A stretch of 63,763 nucleotides of DNA, filler included, from Nemertoderma westbladi (Eukaryota > Animalia > Xenacoelomorpha): NCBI GenBank assembly GCA_032718475.1. It is 5 parts of 5 records of this genome, joined end to end, with 100 filler letters (N's around TTAATTAATTAA, not from the genome) between each part and the next. Parts side by side here need not be neighbours in the genome. Positions count along the whole stretch, not along the records: positions 15,052 to 32,796 come from JAUCBJ010004047.1; positions 32,897 to 47,538 come from JAUCBJ010008507.1; 3 more parts are not named here. The stretch is one strand, 5' to 3'. The notes under the pieces are model-generated. The model was given only the letters and a program-made list of their open reading frames with translations. It searched no databases and was not told the DNA's origin. The translations under genes were made by a program, and so were the position numbers. Within the stretch, counting starts at the first letter, position 1; every line of letters begins with the position of its first letter. Shown piece after piece: positions 25,601-38,216 of this stretch.

Positions 25601-28600
25601 GTAGGTAGAGAGTGAGTCTACATCGAATGGACGAGGTATGTAGGTAGAGAGTGAGTCTACATCGAATGGACGAGGTATGTAGGTAGAGAGTGAGTCTACA
25701 TCGAATGGACGAGGTATGTAGGTAGAGAGTGCGTCTACATCGAATGGACGAGGTATGTAGGTAGAGAGTGCGTCTACATCGAATGGACGAGGTATGTAGG
25801 TAGAGAGTTCGTCTACATCGAATGGACGAGGTATGTAGGTAGAAAGTCTACATCGAATGGACGAGGTATGTAGGTAGAGAGTGCGTCTACATCGAATGGA
25901 CGAGGTATGTAGGTAGAGAGTGAGTCTATATCGAATGGACGAGGTATATAGGTAGAGAGTGAGTCTACATCGAATTGACGAGGTATGTAGGTAGAGAGTG
26001 AGTCTACATCGAATGGACGAGGTATGTAGGTAGAGAGTGCGTCTACATCGAATGGACGAGGTATGTAGGTAGAGAGTGAGTCTACATCGAATGGACGAGG
26101 TATGTAGGTAGAGAGTGAGTCTACATCGAATGGACGGGGTATGTAGGTAGAGAGTGAGTCTACATCGAATGGACGAGGTATGTAGGTAGAGAGTGAGTCT
26201 ACATCGAATGGACGAGGTATGTAGGTAGAGAGTGCGTCTACATCGAATGGACGAGGTATGTAGGTAGAGAGTGCGTCTACATCGAATGGACGAGGTATGT
26301 AGGTAGAGAGTGAGTCTACATCGAATGGACGAGGTATGTAGGTAGAGAGTGAGTCTACATCGAATGGACGGGGTATGTAGGTAGAGAGTGAGTCTACATC
26401 GAATGGACGAGGTATGTAGGTAGAGAGTGAGTCTACATCGAATGGACGAGGTATGTAAGTAGAGAGTGAGTCTACATCGAATTGACGAGGTATGTAGGTA
26501 GAGAGTGAGTCTACATCGAATGGACGAGGTATGTAGGTAGAGAGTGAGTCTACATCGAATGGACGAGGTATGTAGGTAGAGAGTGCGTCTACATCGAATG
26601 GACGAGGTATGTAGGTAGAGAGTGAGTCTACATCGAATTAACGAGGTATGTAGGTAGAGAGTGAGTCTACATCGAATGGACGAGGTATGTAGGTAGAGAG
26701 TGAGTCTACATCGAATTAACGAGGTATGTAGGTAGAGAGTGAGTCTACATCGAATGGACGAGGTATGTAGGTAGAGAGTGAGTCTACATCGAATGGACGA
26801 GGTATGTAGGTAGAGAGTTCGTCTACATCGAATGGACGAGGTATGTAGGTAGAGAGTGCGTCTACATCGAATGGACGAGGTATGTAGGTAGAGAGTGAGT
26901 CTACATCGAATTAACGAGGTATGTAGGTAGAGAGTGAGTCTACATCGAATGGACGAGGTATGTAGGTAGAGAGTGAGTCTACATCGAATGGACGAGGTAT
27001 GTAGGTAGAGAGTGAGTCTACATCGAATTGACGAGGTATGTAGGTAGAGAGTGAGTCTACATCGAATGGACGAGGTATGTAGGTAGAGAGTGAGTCTACA
27101 TCGAATGGACGAGGTATGTAGGTAGAGAGTGAGTCTACATCGAATAGACGAGGTATGTATGTAGAGAGTGAGTCTACATCGAATGGACGAGGTATGTAGG
27201 TAGAGAGTGAGTCTACATCGAATGGACGAGGTATGTAGGTAGAGAGTGAGTCTACATCGAATTGACGAGGTATGTAGGTAGAGTGTGAGTCTACATCGAA
27301 TGGACGATGTATGTAGGTAGAGAGTGAGTCTACATCGAATGGACGAAGTATGTAGGTAGAGAGTGAGTCTACATCGAATGGACGAGGTATGTAGGTAGAG
27401 AGTGCGTCTACATCGAATAGACGAGGTATGTAGGTAGAGAGTGAGTCTACATCGAATGGACGAGGTATGTAGGTAGAGAGTGAGTCTACATCGAATTGAC
27501 GAGGTATGTATGTAGAGAGTGAGTCTACATCGAATGGGCGAGGTATGTAGGTAGAGAGTGAGTCTACATCGAATTGACGAGGTATGTAGGTAGAGAGTGA
27601 GTCTACATCGAATGGACGAGGTATGTAGGTAGAGAGTGAGTCTACATCGAATTGACGAGGTATGTAGGTAGAGAGTGAGTCTACATCGAATAGACGAGGT
27701 ATGTATGTAGAGAGTGAGTCTACATCGAATGGACGAGGTATGTAGGTAGAGAGTGAGTCTACATCGAATGGACGAGGTATGTAGGTAGAGAGTGAGTCTA
27801 CATCGAATGGACGAGGTATGTAGGTAGAGAGTGAGTCTACATCGAATTGACGAGGTATGTAGGTAGAGAGTGAGTCTACATCGAATAGACGAGGTATGTA
27901 TGTAGAGAGTGAGTCTACATCGAATGGGCGAGGTATGTAGGTAGAGAGTGAGTCTACATCGAATAGACGAGGTATGTATGTAGAGAGTGAGTCTACATCG
28001 AATGGACGAGGTATGTAGGTAGAGAGTGAGTCTACATCGAATTGACGAGGTATGTAGGTAGAGAGTGAGTCTACATCGAATAGACGAGGTATGTATGTAG
28101 AGAGTGAGTCTACATCGAATGGGCGAGGTATGTAGGTAGAGAGTGAGTCTACATCGAATAGACGAGGTATGTATGTAGAGAGTGAGTCTACATCGAATGG
28201 ACGAGGTATGTAGGTAGAGAGTGAGTCTACATCGAATGGACGAGGTATGTAGGTAGAGAGTGAGTCTACATCGAATAGACGAGGTATGTAGGTAGAGAGT
28301 GAGTCTACATCGAATGGACGAGGTATGTAGGTAGAGAGTGAGTCTACATCGAATTGACGAGGTATGTAGGTAGAGAGTGAGTCTACATCGAATGGACGAG
28401 GTATGTAGGTAGAGAGTGAGTCTACATCGAATGGACGATGTATGTAGGTAGATAGTGAGTCTACATCGAATAGACGAGGTATGTAGGTAGATAGTGAGTC
28501 TACATCGAATGGACGAGGTATGTAGGTAGATAGTGAGTCTACATCGAATAGACGAGGTATGTAGGTAGAGAGTGAGTCTACATCGAATGGACGAGGTATG

Positions 28601-30972
28601 TAGGTAGAGAGTGAGTCTACATCGAATGGACGAGGTATGTAGGTAGAGAGTGAGTCTACATCGAATGGACGATGTATGTAGGTAGAGAGTGAGTCTACAT
28701 CGAATGAACGAGGTATGTAGGTAGAGAGTGAGTCTACATCGAATTGACGAGGTATGTAGGTAGAGAGTGAGTCTACATCGAATGGACGAGGTATGTAGGT
28801 AGAGAGTTAGTCTACATCGAATGGACGAGGTATGTAGGTAGAGAGTGCGTCTACATCGAATGGACGAGGTATGTAGGTAGAGAGTGAGTCTACATCGAAT
28901 GGACGAGTCATATAGGTAAAGAGTTAGTCTACATCGAATGGACGAGGTATGTAGGTAGAGAGTGCGTCTACATCGAATGGACGAGGTATGTAGGTAGAGA
29001 GTGAGTCTACATCGAATAGACGAGGTATGTATGTAGAGAGTGAGTCTACATCGAATGGACGAGGTATGTAGGTAGAGAGTGAGTCTATATCGAATGAACG
29101 AGGTATGTAGGTAGAGAGTGAGTCTACATCGAATGGACGAGGTATGTAGGTAGATAGTGAGTCCACATCGAATGGACGAGGTATGTAGGTAGAGAGTGAG
29201 TCTACATCGAATGGACGAGGTATGTAGGTAGAGAGTGAGTCTACATGGAATGGACGAGGTATGTAGGTAGAGAGTTCGTCTACATCGAATGGACGAGGTA
29301 TGTAGGTAGATAGTGAGTCTACATCGAATGGACGAGGTATGTAGGTAGAGAGTGAGTCTACATCGAATGGACGAGGTATGTAGGTAGAGAGTGAGTCTAC
29401 ATCGAATGGACGAGGTATGTAGGTAGATAGTGAGTCCACATCGAATGGACGAGGTATGTAGGTAGAGAGTGAGTCTACATCGAATGGACGAGGTATGTAG
29501 GTAGATAGTGAGTCTACATCGAATGGACGAGGTATGTAGGTAGAGAGTGAGTCTACATCGAATGGACGAGGTATGTAGGTAGAGAGTGAGTCTACATCGA
29601 ATGGACGAGGTATGTAGGTAGAGAGTGAGTCTACATCGAATGGACGAGGTATGTAGGTAGAGAGTGAGTCTACATGGAATGGACGAGGTATGTAGGTAGA
29701 GAGTTCGTCTACATCGAATGGACGAGGTATGTAGGTAGATAGTGAGTCTACATCGAATGGACGAGGTATGTAGGTAGAGAGTGAGTCTACATCGAATGGA
29801 CGAGGTATGTAGGTAGAGAGTGAGTCTACATCGAATGGACGAGGTATGTAGATAGAGAGTGAGTCTACATCGAATGGACGAGGTATGTAGGTAGAGAGTG
29901 AGTCTACATCGAATGGACGAAGTATGTAGTTAGAGAGTGAGTCTACAACGAATGGACGAGGTATGTAGGTAGAGAGTGAGTCTACATCGAATGGACGAGG
30001 TATGTAGGTAGAGAGTGAGTCTACATCGAATGGACGAGGTATGTAGGTAGAGAGTGAGTCTACATCGATTGGACGAGGTATGTAGGTAGAGAGTGCGTCT
30101 ACATCGAATGGACGAGGTATGTAGGAGAGAGTGAGTCTACATCGAATGGACGAGGTATGTAGGTAGAGAGTGAGTCTACATCGAATGGACGAGGTATGTA
30201 GGTAGAGAGTGAGTCTACATCGAATGGACGAGGTATGTAGGTAGAGAGTGAGTCTACATCGAAAGGGTCGAGGTATGTAGGTAGAGAGTGAGTCTACATC
30301 GAATGGACGAGGTATGTATGTAGAGAGTGCGTCTACATCGAATGGACGAGGTATGTAGGAGAGAGTGAGTCTACATCGAATGGACGAGGTATGTAGGTAG
30401 AGAGTGAGTCTACATCGAATGGACGAAGTATGTAGTTAGAGAGTGAGTCTACAACGAATGGACGAGGTATGTAGGTAGAGAGTGAGTCTACATCGAATGG
30501 ACGAGGTATGTAGGTAGAGAGTGAGTCTACATCGAATTGACGAGGTATGTAGGTAGAGAGTGAGTCTACATCGAATAGACGAGGTATGTAGGTAGAGAGT
30601 GAGTCTACATCGAATGGACGAGGTATGTAGGTAGAGAGTGAGTCTACATCGAATTGACGAGGTATGTAGGTAGAGAGTGAGTCTACATCGAATGGACGAG
30701 GTATGTAGGTAGATAGTGAGTCTACATCGAATGGACGAGGTATGTAGGTAGAAAGTCTACATCGAATGGACGAGGTATGTAGGTAGAGAGTGAGTCTACA
30801 TCGAATGGACGAGGTATGTAGGTAGATAGTGAGTCTACATCGAATGGACGAGGTATGTAGGTAGAGAGTGAGTCTACATCGAATGGACGAGGTATGTAGG
30901 TAGATAGTGAGTCTACATCGAATGGACGAGGTATGTAGGTAGAGAGTGAGTCTACATCGAATGGACGAGGTA
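22591..30972 (+). repeat. 39-bp tandem array, ~215 copies, derived from the exon/intron junction
   Basis: Unit AGTCTACATCGAATGGACGAG|GTATGTAGGTAGAGAGTG. Highly homogeneous with occasional 35-bp variants; no spacers. Confidence 0.97.
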
Positions 30973-30986
30973 CATGTGCACAATAT

Positions 30987-31190
30987 CAGGTTTTCACATT
31001 TTGGTCGAAATTTTATTGAAATTTTTTTTTACTTATATATGAAGAATTCAGTGCTTTATAGCGGTTTTTCTATTTTATAACCTCTACAAATACTAAATTA
31101 GTTTATTGTTTTGGTTAGATTCATCCCTTCTGTAACCTGTGCTTTTGGTGAAAACCTGGCATTCTTTACATGGGGGTAAACTGCAATGTG
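30987..31190. mobile_element. Arm of a MITE/foldback family also present at 40120-40730
   Basis: caggttttcac and gtttattgttttggttagattca...gaaaacctgg match the reverse complement of 40535-40727. Confidence 0.6.
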
Positions 31191-31710
31191 ATCAGAAATT
31201 CTGGTATACTTCACATGCGCCTCTAGAACATTCTATTTCCTCTGTGTACTGCGTGGCGGTGATACTTAAATGATTGTGTAATTCCTTAGGGTAAACGGAT
31301 GTCCTTGGCGGACAGAGAGGCGTTAATAAACCAACGGGACGCCCTGGTTGACAGACTCTCCACCTACGACACAACCAATCGAACCCTAAGGCGGCTACTC
31401 AAACAGCAGCACAGAAAAGAGGTTGGCCCAATAACCTAAAAACTTTATTATCTACTAAGTATGATTCATTGGTAGAGGTGACGAAGTAACTTCTCGGTTT
31501 GTTTTTTTAAGTTTTCCTCTGTTCTAAAAATTAATCATTTTAGAGTTTTTTTTATATCTGCAAATTCAATCTCAAATATTCCAGATGATCTTTGTATTAA
31601 TATATGATATTACAGATTTGAGAGGGCGGTGGGGGGGGGGGGGGGGGGGGGGGGGGGAATTTCAAATCGTAAATCCCATCTCGAAGAATTATTAAAAATT
31701 TGTCTCAATG

Positions 31711-32258
31711 TTAAACTGTAACGAACACAAAACGACCAACAATTAAACAGTAACGAACACAAAACGACCAACAATTAAACTGTAACGAACTCGATAACTC
31801 GTCGATGGCGGTACACCGTCGGGACGTGGTGCGGATGAACTCGATAACTCGTCGATGGCGGTACACCGTCGGGACGTGGTGCGGATGAACTCGATAACTC
31901 GTCGATGGCGGTACACCGTCGGGACGTGGTGCGGATGAACTCGATAACTCGTCGATGGCGGTACACCGTCGGGACGTGGTGCGGATGAACTCGATAACTC
32001 GTCGATGGCGGTACACCGTCGGGACGTGGTGCGGATGAACTCGATAACTCGTCGATGGCGGTACACCGTCGGGACGTGGTGCGGATGAACTCGATAACTC
32101 GTCGATGGCGGTACACCGTCGGGACGTGGTGCGGATGAACTCGATAACTCGTCGATGGCGCTACACCGTCGGGACGTGGTGCGGATGAACTCGATAACTC
32201 GTCGATGGCGGTACACCGTCGGGGCGTGGTACGGATGAACTCGATAACTCGTCGATGG
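31711..32258. repeat. 32-bp repeat (x2.5) fused to a 50-bp CpG-rich minisatellite (~9.4 copies)
   Basis: 50-bp unit gaactcgataactcgtcgatggcggtacaccgtcgggacgtggtgcggat starting at 31787, nearly invariant. Confidence 0.95.
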
Positions 32259-32796
32259 TTTGATCAATCTTTTGTTTGGTCAGCTCAATATCGTTGATTA
32301 CCGACTCTACCGAAACCGACTGATTACCGAAATTCTAGTCTATCACGATAACTACAAATGCTATTATCGATTTGGAAGTTTACCCCTACACCATTATATA
32401 ATAATATTGTTTTGAGATCCAGTGGTAACTTTTAAGTTTTTAAGTTGTTCCATTTACCATGGCAACAGGGGTAAACAACTGTTTATATTTATATTTCGTA
32501 ATTTCCACGTATATCCATGAGAAATGGAAGTTTCCCCTACCGCTACACCCTACCTTTTTCGACAATGGGAAGTTTATTGGAAATTATAACTTTTTCTTAT
32601 AACTTTTTTATTTCCATTAAAACCAGACAAATAGCGACATTTTTCTAGATTTTTTCTCGAATATATATTCTAGAACAAACTGTTGAGCCCTACTTTCTGG
32701 CCGCATTCATGATTAATTTCCGAGGAGGTTTCCTTTTATGCAAATTTTTTTTTTAACATTACGCCCCCACGCGGGGCACCTGGTGGAACCTTTATT

Positions 32797-32896
32797 NNNN
32801 NNNNNNNNNNNNNNNNNNNNNNNNNNNNNNNNNNNNNNNNTTAATTAATTAANNNNNNNNNNNNNNNNNNNNNNNNNNNNNNNNNNNNNNNNNNNN
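32797..32896. other. Artificial contig linker
   Basis: N44-TTAATTAATTAA-N44. Confidence 0.98.
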
Positions 32897-33004
32897 TCGG
32901 AAAACGACAGCTGATAAAATGATACTGATGTGTCTCAGATTTTCGTTTTTAGGTCGATACCCAATGCTGGTATCAGTATCATTTTATGTGGTGTCGTTTT
33001 CCGA
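32897..33004. mobile_element. MITE-like inverted repeat at contig start
   Basis: tcggaaaacgaca....ataaaatgatactgat pairs with atcagtatcattttat....tgtcgttttccga. Confidence 0.7.
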
Positions 33005-33244
33005 CCAACGAATATACAACGAGTAAGATAATGTATAAATTATTAAGGAGATAACACAATGTCAGAGTGAGAACAAAAAAATTAGATATGGTATCAATAT
33101 ATTACCATGAAGATTACTAGAAGTGATGAATTTTATTAAAAACATTCACTTATATATATAAATTTGTGATGTGGCATAGTCAACGAAGAAGAGATGGTAC
33201 GTGTCATAATCATCGACGAATAAGAAAAGAGATGGAGTGCAACG

Positions 33245-33920
33245 TGGATGAATGGTTGGTTGCCTGAATAGGAAATACGTGAAAGAATATGAATCATAGG
33301 GTTGTGTGTGTAATAATCAATAATTATTATAATAAAAACGTGCAGTATATAATGTTAGTGGTGGTAGCCTTTCAATATGACACAGATGCTGCGGGATTGG
33401 TTAGGTTGAGTAACTACTATGCAAATGTTGTTTGTATACGTGTAGCTGGAAACGTGGCGGAATTTCAACACGTATCCTACTGCAGGACTGGTTGGATTGG
33501 TGACAGCCGCGGTGGAGTTGGCAATCAATATAATATCTGATGTAGTTGGTGGCCACGTTGTCAGCATATACAGTATACAGTGGTTGGTTGGTTGGTTGCG
33601 TGAATAGGAAATAACTATGGAAATGTTCGTATACGTGTAGCCGGAAACGTGGTGGATTGGTAGGTTGCTCGGTTGAATGGATTGGTGACAGCCGTCGAAG
33701 AGTTGGCGATCGAATCGATATAATAGGGTAGTGTGGGGCTAGCCACACGATGAGAGGTTTGGGTACGCGCGAAGATGAATATGCTATGGTTGGTTGATGC
33801 AACGACACGAACCAATACGCGCGGGTGGTAACAGCTGTAGGAGTAAGGCAGGCATCGCGAGGTTAGGCTACGCGTAGGTGATAGGCAGCGATTGGTTGAA
33901 GGCAACGACGCGAATCAATA
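33245..33920. repeat. Degenerate direct repeats rich in GGTTGG/GATTGG
   Basis: tacgtgtagc.ggaaacgtgg, ggattggtgacagccg and ggttggttgc.tgaataggaaata each occur twice. Confidence 0.6.
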
Positions 33921-34777
33921 TTGATGGTGACAGATGGTCATTAAACACCTCGATTTAGCACCGGAATTTGGCATTTTTTAATTGCCTCCGAGATGTGGCC
34001 CGTAGCCCAGGCTAGGGAGGAGTTAGCCGAGAACTATGCTTCTCCTACTACTAGCGTAGCGTCCGTTGCGTGTTGTTGATACTGGTTTCTCTATTGGCTA
34101 TCTCCAATTAAAGTATTGCACAATCTTACGATATCTGGGACTAGGGCATTGAACATTTCCAATTGTTTGTAATCAAGATGATAATATGAATATGGACTCA
34201 CAGTAGTTTTTCTTACTACGTCATGCTTTACGGGATGAAAATATTTATATTTAACACATTATTTTTTTATTTACATTTTATGACAGGTTACATCAGATTT
34301 TTTTTCATAAGATCAATAATTGAGGCCTAACCAACTAACCCGTACCAAAATAATGGGGGAGGGGGCGGGGGGGGGGGAGCTCTCGAAATCGAAATGCACC
34401 CCTGCTGGGGAAAATCGTGACGGTGTCAATATTATGATATCATGTGTTCCAAAAGAAAGTTAAGACATTCCATTAAAACGACCCATTAAAATTTATTTCA
34501 ATTTTTCATCGGAATCGTACTGAACCAACTATAAAACAAAGTTATTCCTACATAAGCTATTTCTACAAAACATTAATATAAGCGGCAAAGAAGATATACA
34601 AATTAATTTATTCCATTTGGAATAAAATAATAGTGAACTTTAACTGCAAGCAACATCTCCAGATAATTACTAATAATTATTATTTTCAATCTCATAATTA
34701 TATTATCTCCCATCAGTATTTAGAGTTATGCAGTATTGATCTGGGAAATACGTAACAGTATGAACAAGTTACTTCAT

Positions 34778-35695
34778 TCACGGGTTCTTTGGATGCCCTT
34801 TCTCCCCACATCGAGCCTTGTGGCGTTTCCAGTGTTGTTTTTGACAGTTTCGACCGCAGTACCAAACACTATGGCATCTTTGACACCATGACTGACACCT
34901 TGTCCCACAATATTCGCAACTCCTGACAAGTTTGCGATCCAATTCCAAGAGGCAACGATCCCGCCAACCACGAAATACATGAAGCAGCGGGGTGTTCGTC
35001 TCCCATAGCTCGTCATCCATGTCGCTGTGCACTACAACCGCACCTGTTTTAACATCGATCGCTGCCATAACAAACACCTGGTTTTCTCTATACAATCTGG
35101 CTAATCCAAAATTGTAAATAGGATTGAACCTACAAGGTTGACCCTCAAATTTTAGACCTAACGTTTGGTCTATATTAGGCATCTCAATGACATTACTTGA
35201 CAACACCGACTGTAACACGTCTTGATAGAGACCCGTGTCGTCCAGAGAGTGTCCTCCGACCAGTTGAACACTAACGTCTGAGCGTCCTGCGAACGCGTTT
35301 CTCAACTCTTCGGATAATGTTGGTAGTGGAGACGTCCCATGTGAGGTGGAGAACATGCGTTCCCGCTCACGCGAATTGCGACACTCGAGGTCCAAATGTG
35401 CGACAAATACCCGACTAGGTTTGGCTTCGTCTGCAGGCGAATAGGCGAATACTCCCACGCACACCAGTAGCTCCCAGGTCGCTAAGAATCGCGTAGATGT
35501 TTGGTCGACGAAATCAGCTGTTGTGTAGGTTGACTGTACGAATAAGCGACGTATGTTAGCGTTATGGAGCGCCGCCCACAGATGTGATCCTGGAGTAATT
35601 CGTACTGGGTTGGTTTTACCGGCAGCCATCGCTAATTGTTTGTTCTCAATCTCGTCGGCTATAAGACCATCTTCCGTAAAACTGGTATGGCTCAT
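34778..35695 (-). CDS. Intronless protein: NTAN1/CheD-like Cys-His deamidase-fold domain plus C-terminal MYND zinc finger
   Basis: MYND: CEYC...CQRCHSVWYCGRNCQKQHWKRHKARC. The N-terminal LFVQ...LATWELLVCVGV...FVAHLD...VSVQLVGGH parallels NTAN1 LYVQ...LGSDDATTCHIV...LTHCD...LEVHLVGGF. First ATG at 35695. Confidence 0.7.
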   Translation of the reverse strand: MSHTSFTEDGLIADEIENKQLAMAAGKTNPVRITPGSHLWAALHNANIRRLFVQSTYTTADFVDQTSTRFLATWELLVCVGVFAYSPADEAKPSRVFVAHLDLECRNSRERERMFSTSHGTSPLPTLSEELRNAFAGRSDVSVQLVGGHSLDDTGLYQDVLQSVLSSNVIEMPNIDQTLGLKFEGQPCRFNPIYNFGLARLYRENQVFVMAAIDVKTGAVVVHSDMDDELWETNTPLLHVFRGWRDRCLLELDRKLVRSCEYCGTRCQSWCQRCHSVWYCGRNCQKQHWKRHKARCGEKGHPKNP

Positions 35696-36344
35696 TGTTA
35701 TTGAGCGTGGTATATAATTATTCAACTACCGATATTATTTAATATACATAATAGCCTACTGTGGAATACGATATAATGTCAGTACAAACTCTGGCCTTCC
35801 TGGCACATTATAAAAGTTTATAAAGGTTAATTTATTAAAAAAACTTATTAAAAACGGTTAAATTAAAAAAAAAGGTTATTAAAAAACTTATTAGATAATT
35901 GTAACTAAAACGTTTTACCCACCAAGACGGCAGTTTAGAGTAACAAAGATATTGTGAAGAATGAAAACTGACTTGGCTTTAATTAATCAGAAATAATTTG
36001 TTGGAAATTAATAATAATGTAGAGATAATGTGTTGGAAAATTGCGGAAGGATATTTGTTATTAGCCAATCGGGGTACTCTGTTTACAGAGCGAATGACAA
36101 ATGTTTTGTCTACTTGAAAATGTTGATTGCCAAATAATTTGTTGACAGCAAAAAAGTAAGGCGGTAAATGTCAAGATAAATGCCAAAAGTGTCAAGAATA
36201 CCATGTCATGACCTACTATAGATACGACCCGCCAGAGACGGGGGGAAAACTCGAGGCAAAACCCGCCTTGGCGAATTAATATCCCGCCTCAAAGTTAAAT
36301 AAATTTCTAATTTTCTAATTTTCTAAATTAATTTCTGGTAATAA

Positions 36345-37110
36345 TTGGCCGTAAAGTTTGGCTACTGAGGTTTTAGAATGTGCTGATTTCATTGGGAAGG
36401 TTTATTCCTCTACATCAAACATATCGAAAAGTTGTGTAATATAACAACATAGACAGACATATTGTTATATTAGTTATTAGTCAGTTATTTTTGCCCCTGG
36501 AGCGCGAAAAAACAAGTAGTGGAAATATGATAATGAAAAATCACCACGAAAACAAATTAATTTTATGGCAGTTTTCTGGGACGCTGATCGCGAATATGAT
36601 ACTCAGCAATATCGTATTATCCAACCAAATTTGATTTTTGCCGTTTGAAATTGTATGCTACTTGTATTTTTCGTCCTACCAGACAAACACCAAAAACGAT
36701 AGTTGCGTTACCATGTTTTTAACGAGTTGTATCATTATCAGCGGCTTTGAAAACCAGTATAGCTTCAGAATTACAAAACCAAAGGCAAAATTTAACAGTT
36801 TGAAATTTTTGCTACTTGTAGTTTTCGTTCTGGGGCACTAGAATGGCACCAAAATTGGGTTTGCACATACCAGAAATATTTATAACTACTTTCATCGTAA
36901 TCAGCGACCTCGAAAACCCATATATACGTTCAGAATTATCAAACCGAACACAAAATGTTTAGTTTTACAATTTTTTACTTGTATTTTTTGACCTAGGGGG
37001 CCAAAATAGCACCAAAAATGATTGATGCATTGCCAGAAAATATTTTTAACAAGTTTTATCGTGATCAGCGTCCTCGAAATCCCATATACCATCGAAATTG
37101 TCATTTTTTA
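36345..37110. repeat. AT-rich dispersed repeat with internal subrepeats; a related copy hosts the RTE at 38217
   Basis: ttggctactgaggttttagaatgtgctga (~36360) is the reverse complement of ~39620-39650. Recurrent atcagcg...cgaaa subunits. Confidence 0.55.
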
Positions 37111-38216
37111 GCCAAGATCTAAAAAATGTCTAAAGTTATCCATATCCCTTAATCATTAAACGACACTATATTCCAGGATAATAGGATAATATTCCAGGAT
37201 TCCTAGTTAATAATAATTCCCCTAAATAATATCAGTTCCTCATTATATTATATTGAAGTCGTATTATTAATTTATCTCAGCATATCTATTATGTATCAAT
37301 AACCTTTGTCTATTAAATCCAAGACAGTAGTAAGAAGCGAACACTGTTAAGGTGGCCACGCATATTGTCTTAATTGAGATCCTCCGAAAGGGCCGATATG
37401 TCCTCGGGGTTTCAGTTAGGAGCCCCTCTGGTTTAGGAAGGAGAATAACCGTACCGTAGCGTGATGGTTCTTAAAGAATAAGCGGCCGCCCCAACTCCAG
37501 CAGTAGCTTCATCTCTACATCAGATAAAGAACTAATTTTACTCTCCTCCATGAATTTCGATGGACGATGGACGGTATATTTTTTTTACTGGCGGTCTCCG
37601 AGGAATTTGAGACATTTAGCACACTGAAGTCGGAACAGATTCCGGGTTTACTGAATATATCGACCGTCGTAATGTACAAAAATGTTAGTGGAAGCGGAAG
37701 GCCCTTGTGTCATCTGTTCTGTAGAAGAGCCCTGACGAGTCGAACTACGTAAGTAAGTGCCACTGCAGACCGAGCGCGCGAGCGGCATCTATACACACAG
37801 CACTTTCCAACTATAACTGTTACGGCCTGCATACAGATTCAGATAATATTAGGCCCCCGCGGCGCCGTGGCTGTCAGCCCGTGTAGAGGTGATAATAACT
37901 ATTCAAATAAACACAGGTACGGACGTAGGTAATATAATAATGATACGGTATTGATGCGTAACAGCATAATGCAGTCATCAGTAATGGAAATGCCTAACGC
38001 AGTATTGCAGTGCACAGCCATGGCCTACGCACAGCACATACCACATTCCAGCATACAGAATAATACACTACATTACCGGACCACTACCAGAGTACTGCAG
38101 TACTGAAGTAGAAGTGCACTGGCTGGCTTAAACTGACTTAAACTTTTCGACTGACACATTGGCCATTTTTGAAAATACTACAAGTTTATAAACCTTGCCA
38201 ATGAAGTCAGGAAGTC

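Noticed and set aside
22591-30972. CRISPR array
   Set aside because: Units are head-to-tail with no unique spacers, there are no cas genes, and the context is eukaryotic.
28924-30983. Minus-strand repeat proteins (DSLSTYIPRPFDV)n
   Set aside because: By-product of a 39-bp unit; the frame is broken by 35-bp variants and stop-creating variants, and the unit is explained by the plus-strand exon junction.
31711-32267. Three overlapping ORFs in the 50-bp array
   Set aside because: Stop-free repeat cycling through frames; no evidence of coding.
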